Origin: Curvularia clavata | Lineage: Eukaryota | Assembly: GCA_023920165.1 (NCBI GenBank) | Contig: CP089276.1 | Location: forward strand, 3,348,001-3,412,000 | Length of the DNA: 64,000 bases | Direction: 5' to 3' | In this document: positions 28,551 through 38,899 of the stretch, piece by piece | Position numbering within the stretch: position 1 is the first letter of the stretch | How the letters are laid out: each line of letters opens with the position of its first letter | Program-made: the position numbers and the translations under genes | Notes under the pieces: model-generated | Told to the model about the DNA's origin: nothing | Seen by the model: the letters and a program-made list of their open reading frames with translations, nothing else | The model's database searches: none

Positions 28551-30231
28551 TTACCATGCAGTGATATCGCCGACCTCTGCCTCGCCAAACGTACTGGTCT
28601 TGGTAGCAACCATCTCAGTTTCGGCAGTGGCAGTGTCTAGAGTTGGCGTCCTGTTCATAATCTCTGGGAGTTCAACGTTAAGGAAGCCAAGCAAATGTTT
28701 GTTAACCTGTTCGAATTCCAACAAAAAGGCGTCATGGCCGTCTGGTGAGTCAATAGTCTTGAGCGCGGCATTGGGAATATAGGCCGCTAATTCTTGTTGC
28801 TCAGCAAAGGTGAAGAGACCGTCTGATTGTATACCAAGCACCAGCGTAGGCTGTTCAATCAAGGATAATGCGTGGTGAAGAGCGGATACTGGATCCAACG
28901 ATTCAGGTGTCTGTCCATCAGGATAACGATGCCGAGAAATGTCGTGTGTGTCCAGCTTCCTTGTGATGGCAATGTAGCAATTGGCGTCAAATCGCTTAAT
29001 GAACTTTTCGCCTTGGTAACGCAGGTAAGATTGCGCGGAGAAATAGTGTGGCGCAGAGGGCCTAGAGGAGCGCGGGAACTGGTGGCTGGTATTTGTTGAG
29101 TTTGGTTTCTGAATTGGCTGCGCAGCAGCGGTGTTTGATGCGTCATGGAATTCAAGATCGGCATGCGACTGTGTAGAGCTGGGTAAGGCAGTACTGCTGC
29201 TTGTTCTCGATAGGGGCCTTGGAGAACCAGCATTCTTGTGTCCATCATTGTGTATCGCCCAGTGCTCGTGCGACAGGTTTGATGGGGATGTCGGGCGCGG
29301 TACGGTGTTGATGTTTTGTTTCTTGGACAGATCAGGAGTATTACGCCCAAATCGCGACTCAAATGAGTCACGACTTCGATAGGTCAGCAGTGCAGACATG
29401 CGCGCCGCTCCAAGGCCAGTGGATGGGGGATCGTCGTAGGAGTAGTAACCATCGTCGTACTTGGGGTCGCTATAAATGCTCTGCCGTTGCGCCTCACCCC
29501 AACTGATACCCCAAGCGCTATAACGGGCAGATGTGGCAATCGGTACGATGGTCTTGACATAGTCCTTTCCGAAATATGCAAACTCGAGAACCAGCATGCC
29601 ACCCATGGAGCCACCAATGACTGCAGCGATCTGCTTCACGCCGAGATCGTCGAGGACGAGCTTGAAGATGCTATTTTTTGTTAGTAGTTTTACGTGAGCT
29701 ATCATTCTAATTTGCAACTCACTTGACATCATCCCGAACTGTTGTCAAAGGAAACTCGGGGCCATAGGGGCCCAATGAAGCATCGCCATCCTTCGCTGTG
29801 ACTGGACTGGCGCTGCCATACGGGCTTCCCAAGCTGTTCATACATACGACGAAGTATCGTGAAGTATCGAAGGCTTTTCCAGGGCCCCCAAGCAATGGTC
29901 CCCACCAGTCTCCTACATCAGCGCTACCTGTCAAGGCATGGCATATGACCATGGCATTATCTCCACCTGGTGCAAGGGTACCATAGGTTTTGTATGCAAC
30001 ACTGACATTGTGTAACACGACACCGGATTCGAGGGTAAACTCTGGTACTATAGCGATAGTTTGGTCGGGAATAAGTTTAGAATAGGGGTTTTCGGGCTGC
30101 GACGATACAGTTTCTGCTCAATTGTTAGCTTTATTCGTGTCAAGTATAGTGTTCATTCATTGACGGAGAGCCAACTTACTGTACTTGCGAGTCCCATTTG
30201 CCGTTCCGTTACCCATTTCCGAAGCATTCAT
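28551..30231 (-). CDS. MET2: homoserine O-acetyltransferase
   Basis: Introns 30179-30114 and 29722-29671. ICHALTGSAD, GGSMGG nucleophile motif, YQGEKFIKRFDANCY and GHDAFLLE. Confidence 0.95.
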
Positions 30232-31269
30232 GTTTGCGGTATCCTTGGGTTGTGAAATAAGGAATGTAGAGCCTGTAAGGCAAGTGGGGGCGTGTGATTC
30301 ACATTGCGGGAGTCATTCTTCAGGTGTTTGATACTCAGCATCCGCCGCTAGACGAGGGTTTTGATGTCTTGGCGATGACGTGATTCAATTCGCTAATGGG
30401 TCCAATCCGGAGACCCCAGCATGAATGATACTCGTAATTACCAAACTTTCCTATTTTGGTTTGCTTCTCTATAGTGTAATATGGAGCCCCAGATTCTCTA
30501 ATGCTCTCGAATGCGAGTGCTCTTTCGCAATATGTCCACCTAAATGTGACCGCTGTCTCTTCACACCTTTTCATGGCTAATAAGATCTGCAAGCGCAGTG
30601 AATCGTAATTAATTATTCTCTGCGGCGCGATTGGTTTTGCGTACGATATCTTTACAAAAAAAAAGTCCTATAGTCCATTCTCTTGCCCATCTTTAAGACT
30701 CTTACAAGCCGACTGGGAGTTTTGTAATTTATAAGTTAGAATGCTTATCCAGTGTCTTCTGGATATTCTCTTTGATCACTCATTTTATAGATCTAGCAAT
30801 CAAAGTAAAGTGACATCAACGCTGTGGAAGTATGCTTCAACTCAAGAGGGCCACGAAGACCATACTCTGAGCCTGATGGGGTCAGTTCACAACGCAAATA
30901 ACCAAAATGCCCACTCTTGTGTTAGGCTTCCGTTTCTATAAGGATGCCATTTTGGTCCTTAGCCATGTGGTCTATATATTCGCTTTGTCTCCGGGTACGG
31001 AGAGCTCAAACGGTCTCAAGGTTATGATGAGAATATGAACAGGCAATTTAGAAAGCGACATAATCCCTCAGAAGAACCCATAGAGTATGATCATGTCAAT
31101 AACTCTGATTTTGCAAATGGTAAGAAGCACAATCGATGATCAATAATGACGGGTGTGAAGGAGCACGCGCCACAGGCTAAGCCACAGGCGGCTTGTATCT
31201 TACGCTAACTCTTTTTGTTCTCATTGAAGCTCTTCCTCTCCCTTCATCAACCACCACCACTGAGATGCA

Positions 31270-32899
31270 ATGCGACGGGTAGTAGTGACAGGTTTAGGGC
31301 TTGTGACACCCTTGGGGCTAGGTAGTTGACTCTATCTCGCGTTCTTATCCCTCTTTATTAATTATCTAGGCGTCCGCCAAACATGGAAAAGCCTGATCAA
31401 CGGACGCTGCGGCATCGTTTCGATCAAAGACAGAAGCCCTGATTTTTCCTTGCTTCCAAGTCAGGTAGCTGGCTTGGTACCGGAAGGAACGAAAGATGAC
31501 GGAAAATGGAATTCTAAAGAGCATTTGAGCCCTACTGTATGTGCGATGCATGTCTCACAACACAATTTGTACAGCCACTGAAAATACGATAGGACGAACG
31601 TCGCATGGCACGATTTGCTCAATATGCTATGGTAGCGTCCGAGGAAGCTCTCAAAGACGCGGAGTGGGATCCGATGAAGGAAGAGGATCTTACAGCTACG
31701 GTATCGAAGTCCAGACTCTTTTTGTGTGCACTCTGCTCATGTCGTCCTAGGGAGTCTACATGGGTTCTGGCATCGGCAGCTTAGACGACGTTTATGACAC
31801 TACAGTGGCATATGAAAAAGGCGTGAGCAATGAACATCCTATGTACAGTACAGACCTGACCTTTTAGGGCTACCGGAAAGTGTCGCCACTATTTGTACCA
31901 CGACTTCTGATCAACCTGGCTGCAGGCCACATTTCCATGCGCTACGGTTTCAAGGTGGGAACCTGGCCCCGATTTGCAGTACATCACTGATCATTCGTCA
32001 AAGGGCCCAAACCATGCAGCTACAACAGCATGTACGACTGGTGCGCACAGTATTGGAGACGCCTCTCGTTTGATCCAGTTCGGCGATGCCGATGTCATGA
32101 TTGCTGGTGGTTCTGAGTCGTGTATTCATCCCCTTGCAATCTCAGGCTTTGCAAGAGCTAGAAGTCTTGCGACCAAATTCAACGACCGGCCCACCGAGTC
32201 AAGTCGACCATTCGACAGGCAGCGCGACGGCTTTGTCATCGGTGAGGGAGCTGGTGTCATGGTTCTGGAGGTGGGTCTATTCTTACTAAGTAAAGTGCAG
32301 AGCTCATGATTGTAGGAACTCGAGCACGCGAAGAAAAGAAACGCACGCATCTATGCAGAGATTGCTGGCTACGGGCTTTCCAGCGACGCATATCACATGA
32401 CGGCACCTCGGGAAGATGGCCAAGGCCCGCAAAATGCTATGAAAAATGCTCTGCGACATGCTGGTATCAAACCTCGCGCTGTCGACTATGTCAACGCTCA
32501 CGCAACAAGTACCCCTCTAGGCGATGCTGCTGAAAACAGAGCAATCAAAGCGCTCTTGTTGGGCGAAGAAGGAAGAGATGCAGCATCTAAGATTAACGTT
32601 AGCAGTACAAAAGGTGCGATCGGGCATCTGCTCGGAGCTGCTGGGAGCGTCGAAGCAATTTTCGCTGTGCTAGGAATACATCACGTACGTCAAGTTCCGG
32701 ATCCTGGTGGCACGAAGTTAACAACTTGTAGAATGTCCTACCCCCAACCCTTAACCTCAGTGAGCCGGGCGACCCAGCTGCTGAATTCGACTGCAATTAT
32801 GTTGCAAATGTTGCTCAGCAACACGAGGTGAACGTGGCCCTCTCGAACAGCTTTGGTTTTGGTGGTACCAATGCTTCACTCTGCTTTCACAAAATTTAA
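31270..32899 (+). CDS. CEM1: mitochondrial 3-oxoacyl-ACP synthase (FabF-like KAS)
   Basis: [16 protein letters not shown] start, TACTTG active-site Cys, [19 protein letters not shown] and [13 protein letters not shown]. About 7 short introns. Confidence 0.93.
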
Positions 32900-33203
32900 A
32901 TGTAGTACAGAGTGATTATATGCATGCTCAATAACTTATTATTTCTCTTATATTCAATCTGGGTGAATTTGCGTGGATTAGTAAAATACTGTTATAATAG
33001 GTCAGTTACCCCGCTAGCTACGCTCGGTCTTTCTACGATAAGATCAATCAACCCCACCCACCTAGTGCCACTTTCCTATGATGCGTTAAAGGAAGATGCA
33101 TTCCTCCGCCATCTTTCTTTTCCGTCTTCTCATTTCCTTTCTTGATGATCGGTAATTTTAGTCGCACCATCTCGAGCGGATTTCTAGACTGAATCCGAAG
33201 GTG

Positions 33204-34614
33204 ATGGCGAGTCCACATGGCGTGCCAACTGCGGGCAGCGACGGCAGCGACCCTGAAAGCCAATCGTCTTTTCTGCGCAGTGCCTCCAAGAAAGCGACTG
33301 AGTACCACGCACAGATTCCATATCTTAGGAGACTCCCCTTTTCTGCGATTGCGATAATCGTCACGCTGATCGTCGTTAATCTGTTGGTATGGGCGGCTGT
33401 TGGAATAGTTCTGGTTCGTAAGAGACTCAGAAAGAAAAAGAGCACATACTAATATCAAGAAGCACTGGCACACGCCCCTCATTTCAACAGCAATTCTGTC
33501 ATACACCCTGGGATTGCGCCATGCTCTAGATGCAGATCATATCTCGGCTATTGATCTCATGACTCGGCGCCTTATAGCTGCCGGCCAACGACCAGTGACA
33601 GTAGGCATGTTCTTTAGTCTCGGGCACTCTACTGTAGTTATCGCTACCTCTCTCGTGGTTGCAGGTACTGCTGCTGCTGTATCAGACAAGTTTGACAATT
33701 TCGAGCGTATCGGCGGCATCATCGGAACATCGGTCTCCGCGGCTTTCCTACTCCTGCTCGGCATCATGAACATCTACATTCTGTACAAACTCATTGTACA
33801 AATGCGAAAGATGATCGCGAGTGATCCTGGAAGTGAACATGAGGAGTTTAGAATCCAGGGCGGTGGCTGCCTCTTCCCGATTTTGCAGAAACTGTTCAAA
33901 CTGGTCGATCGACCCTGGAAGATGTATCCTCTCGGAGTGCTCTTCGGCTTAGGCTTCGACACGTCCTCTGAGATTGCCATACTGGGCATTAGCTCGATTC
34001 AAGCGACGAAGGGAACTTCGATATGGCTCATTTTGATCTTCCCAGTGCTGTTCACGGCGGGCATGTGTCTTCTGGATACGACGGATGGCGCACTGATGAT
34101 GAGCCTATACACGAGTACCCAACTTGCGCGGGACCCAATTGCGATTTGTTACTACAGCATTGTGCTCACAGTAATAACAGTGATTGTTGCGACCATCATC
34201 GGGACTGTCCAGTTCCTCAACCTCATTCTCAATGTGGCTGAGCCCGAAGGCAGGTTCTGGGACGGCGTGGAAAAGTTAGGCGATGCATGGGATATAGTTG
34301 GTACGTATCGAATCCTCGTTACAATTAGATTGTGCCAATGACACTAACAATGCATAGGTGGAGCGATATGCGGCACCTTTGTTGTCTTTGGTGGCCTCAG
34401 TGTTCTGTTGTACAAGCCATGGAGACGACGTATCGACAAAAAGAGAGTCAGCAACGCACATTTTGAGCCACTATCACAAGACCAGGATGCCACAGCTCCG
34501 AGCGAACATTTATGTCATGACGCGCGAGAACCGCCTGCTACACCTACCAAGGATGTGGGAATACACGTTGAGCCTGTCGAATCTACCGGCGCCGTTGGTC
34601 CGGCACACCGATAA
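33204..34614 (+). CDS. nic1: high-affinity nickel permease (NiCoT family, Nic1-like)
   Basis: Signature RHALDADHI, FSLGHS and FGLGFDTSSE motifs with multiple TM segments. Introns 33414-33462 and 34301-34357. Confidence 0.93.
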
Positions 34615-34885
34615 GGCCTACTGAGGAAGCATTAGATACCAATCACCATCAGTTTTAGAAATGAGGCGAAAACAATATCTCGGCTGAATAAACATGTCTT
34701 AAATGCTACATCGCTTCACGTGTTAGCTGATCCAATCACATCCCGTAGCGCGCCAACCAAAATCAACGGCCATAAACCATAGCACAAAACCAAACTCCTT
34801 CGCCGTTGTTCGCCGGAGCGCCATTCGCTAAACCTTAATCATGCATCCATTATATCGTTACCTTTTCTGTCGACAACATCCAGCT

Positions 34886-35227
34886 TCAGTTGTTGTCGAA
34901 CTGTCCTCCTATAAACACCAAGTCAGCATTTTGGGTGGTGGCGTCTTGCGGAGGTGCAACAACGGGTTGCGGAATGTAAGAAGCTGTGGTGCATGCATGC
35001 GTCACGGCGCCGTTTGCACCTCGGACGCAAGAGCAAGTCGCGGCTGTGCTAGAAAGGAGAGTCGGAATGTCAAAAGGGATTTGGAGAATCATGGTGACAT
35101 CCGTTGCTTACGAGATGGCATAGCCCGCTGGAGGAACAGCAGCAGATGAGCTCAGGTAGTTGGCTTGTATTGACGGTGGCCGAGGTTGGGTTACAAAGGA
35201 CCGAGGCTCGTCTTGGATGAAAGGCAT
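34886..35227 (-). CDS. putative small two-exon protein (92 aa) of unknown function
   Basis: ATG 35227, exon 35227-35112, intron 35111-35049 (GTAAGC...TTTCTAG, weak branch TTGAC), exon 35048-34886 in frame. TATAAG at about 35348 followed by a CT-rich leader. Confidence 0.45.
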
Positions 35228-36004
35228 GGTGTATGGTATATGATTGGTCGGACGTCTAATGTCTAAAGGCAATGTCAGTTGTAATGGATGGCTGGTAGGA
35301 TGACAGCAAGAGAAGAATTGAACAGAAAGGGTTTCATCTTCTCTTATAGATCCAACACAGGTGTGTAAAGAAGGACGTTGCGCGCAAACTCGATGGTTAG
35401 CGGACTACCACGCAAGACGGAGCAACACAGTGGATCACCGGCAAGGGTTACCATGCCCGCGGGTCAAGCTCAGAGCTAGGCAAGACTGAGACTTTACTTC
35501 GTAATGAGGGCTCAGCCAATTGATTTTGTAAAATTCAAAAATTCATAGAGTAGCCAAAAAGACTATTGGCTATGTAAGAAGAGTAATTCATCGTGCAGGC
35601 GTCTTGAGGCACAGATTATCGACATGGAATGCATGTATCGATCGGGTGGATTGGAGCGACGGCGCAGACTGAATTCACCGGCGGGTGTTCTTCGGATGTG
35701 GGCCCCTCACACCGATCAGGCGTACTATGGCCGGCCATTGATAGGTCGGCTGAAAAAGCAGGCAACCATTCTTAACGCAAGTAAGTGTGCGGTAAGTGCG
35801 CGCCCACCGCTGTCCACCACTAGGCAACCGTTCCGTCGGGTCTCCCGACAGGGCAGCAGGGGCCAGTAGCGTCTGCTGGGTTACATGGTGGTCGGAATGA
35901 ACCCAGGCCCACGGCCAAGACACGTCTGCCCCCATACTCGGGCGTGTCATGGTGTTGCGACGACCCGCCGACCAAGATTAGATCTCCCCTTGTCCCCTCG
36001 CTCC

Positions 36005-36028
36005 ACACAGACACACATACATACACAC
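36005..36028 (+). repeat. imperfect CA/CATA microsatellite
   Basis: acacagacacacatacatacacac. Confidence 0.6.
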
Positions 36029-36255
36029 CATTTCTTAGCTGCATGCGAGAGCGACGTGCCTTTCCTGCTCGAGGCCGGTTCCTCCGGCTCCCTCGGCCAC
36101 TCAGGCCCTGGAACCATCACATGGAAGTGGATCGGCTGTGGTCTTGTTCTGTGAGTGTTCCGTGCTAGCTGTAAGCCAAGGCCATGCTGGTGATGTATCG
36201 GCCTGAGTCGTATAAAGAACAAAACCCAGCCTAATACTGTCTATTCTTTTTTTTG

Positions 36256-36448
36256 CCAGGACGGTGAAACACTAGCCCAAGTTTCTCGATTATGTGCATG
36301 CTCATTCTCAATAGCTATACGATATCTTGCCAAGTCGCCGAGACAGTCTATCCACGTGTCTTCGAAAGCTGGAACTGTCTCATGGAGTAAGGTCATCATC
36401 TGGTAGGCTACTGAATATAGTTTATACAATCTAGGAGGAGAGCATGCT
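36256..36448 (-). pseudogene. fragment of a fungal Est1/SMG-like (EST1 DNA/RNA-binding) gene
   Basis: AYQMMTLLHETVPAFEDTWIDCLGDLARYRIAIE...RETW closely matches the conserved fungal block AY[SQ]MMALLYETVPAFEDTWIECLGDLGRYRMAIE, recalled rather than searched. Only about 60 codons, bounded by stops. Confidence 0.7.
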
Positions 36449-38899
36449 AGAAGGGCGGAACGGCAATATCCAAGCTGCTCCTCTCCCTTTATTATCCTTG
36501 GCCCTGGGATTTGCTCCTCTGTCTACTAGTAGACGTGCCATTTCCACTTGCTCGTACTCAGATGCCCAGTGCAGTGCCGTTCTTCCGTTGTTATCTGTCG
36601 CTTCAATGTCCGCTCCTCTGTCGATTAGTAGCTGCACAATTGGCTTCTCCCCGTCACTAACTGCCCAATGCAGCACCGTTTCCCCTTGCTCTTGCTTCGT
36701 ATTAACATCCAATCCTTTATCTATTAGCAACTGCACCACTGCCTCGTTCCCTCTCGCTACCGCCATATGTAATATTGTATCTCCATGAACACCCTTCTCT
36801 TTAATATTAGCTCCCCTCTCTATTAGAAATCGTACTGCCGCCTCGTTCCCACATCGAACTGCATAGTGTAGTGCCGTCCCCCCATAATTATCTCCCGCAT
36901 TTACATCTGCCCCTTTGTCTAATAGCAGTCGCAATGTTTTCTCGTTCCCATGGATTCCTGCCAGATGCAACGCCGCCGCGCCAGATCTTGACTTTGCCCG
37001 AATGTCCGCTCCGTTGTCTATAAGACAGCCTATTGTTGCCTCGCTGCTCATACACACTGCCACGTGTAATGCTGTTTCTCCATGAACATCCTTCTCGTTT
37101 ACACGCCGGTAGTTTGCAGGCCAGTAGTACGCAATCTTCCACCTCTCATTTGCTAATAAGGCTTCTATCCATGGTATTATTTGCAAACGGCATGCCATGT
37201 GCAGCAGCGGTGGAGGAAAAAATGGTAAATGCTCCGAGCTCGTTGCAAGCACGTAAGATGTCCACCAGTGAGAGCGTAAAGAAGACTCTTTCTGCAAGAA
37301 AAGCCCAAAGGGGTCAAATAGCTCGGTTGCAAGCATGGAACATTTCTTTGCATGCTCAGGCCAATGGATTATTGCATATCGCAGCAGTGGAGACACTCTA
37401 TTAACTAGCTCGTCGTAATAGTAAATAGAGTCATGCTGTAATTTGCTCTTCGCAATACAGCTGAGGCAGTCTTGCGCCAACTTAAGATGCGCGCTTTCTG
37501 CCTCAAAGCGAAACAGCTCTAGAGCATTATTTTGGTCGGGATCCTCACGCATCAAGTAGTCTCGTGCCGACTGGTGGACCAGAGTAACGTACTTCCCTCG
37601 TATCTTCAGTAGAGGCCCACATTGAGCAACAATGTCGCGGGCTGCTTGCGCTATTGTTATTTCAGGTGATGTCGCCCGAACACCGACTGCCGCCGCTAGC
37701 TCCCGCAGTTGTAGAGGAGTAATAGCCATAGTTACCCAGCGCAGGATCTTTTGACTTGTTTCCCTGTGCCTAGCTGGAATCTGCTGCAGCATGCGGCTAT
37801 ATATCGCTGGGACGCCGCTTGGCAAACTCGTAAGAGCTTCCCAAATCTCAGTGCATGTTTGCTTTTGTGAGAGCTCATGCATGGCGAAGCCTACCCACAG
37901 GAATGTCCCTTCAGCGCGGTCAAGTAGAATTTTCTGTGTGGATGTTCGAAACTCATCATTAAAGCCATCGATCCTAGATAGCTCGGCGACGCGAGAAGAT
38001 ACGAATAGCTCGATATCGCTAGCTACCTTCTCGTCGTTGTCGGGGTCTAGTCGTACTCTAGCGCAATGATGTAGACCCGGTATATCTCGACTGACAATGA
38101 CCAGTTTGAACATGCCGTTTGTTGAAGAAAGGTTGTCTCCACTGAGTAGATTGACAATGCGTGGCAGCAACACTTTCAACGTACTCTCTTCACATTCATC
38201 AAGCCCATCGAGCACACAGAAGATGGTACCAAGCTCTTTATCACTCACAAGCTTGCTGAACATAAGCCACAGCGTCTCCAGTGATGACACCGTCTGCTGA
38301 GCCCTCTCAGGAGGCTCAAAATACGACAGTACATGCTTGGCTAGATGCGGCCGCTTGGTGAGAATCTGATGTACTAGTCCGCGTAGGAGAGCTACGCTCG
38401 TATTTCGCTTGTCGTCTTCGGCGCTGCAGAACTGGAACACCAAGTCCGTGTTATGTTCAAGTGCTGCGTGCCTCTCCAGCTCCTCTGTCAGAAAAACAGA
38501 GAGCATCGTCTTGCCTTTGCCAGGACCGCCTGATATCCATAGTAGGCGTGTGATGTCATTATTGCTGCTGTTCAGCCAAGCGCAGTATTCCTCGCTACGA
38601 GTAATCCATTCGCAGGTACCCGCAACTCTTGTGCCTTTTGCGCTGATTACGCTCTCGCGGTCGACATGGGGATCAGTAAGGAAAAGGGCATTGCGACAGG
38701 CGGCTGCCGCTCGTTCTGCCGCTTCTTAAGGGGAATATGTCAGTAGCAAACAGAGCAAGAGGACATCATCTAGTGTACCTTGGGGATTATGTGAAGCAGC
38801 AAAGTAGACATCTCTTGCGGTGCCTACAAACGCTTGTGAATGGTTCTGAGTGGAGACCCCATGGATTTCCTGGTGCCTGGGGGCCTCGATTTCTGGCAT
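36431..38899 (-). CDS. fungal NLR: short N-terminal motif + NACHT NTPase + winged helix + ankyrin repeats
   Basis: Exon 1 38899-38779, intron 38778-38725 (CTGAC branch, in-frame TAA inside), exon 2 38724-36431. GTCEWI, Walker A LWISGGPGKGKTML, Walker B CVLDGLDECE, AEGTFLWV, LVHQSARDYL, and six full 33-aa ankyrin repeats. Confidence 0.9.
36480..37100 (-). repeat. ankyrin repeat array (six 99-bp units plus a partial seventh)
   Basis: 33-aa periodic G-x-T-A-L-H...L-I-D-x-G-A-D motifs. Confidence 0.9.
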
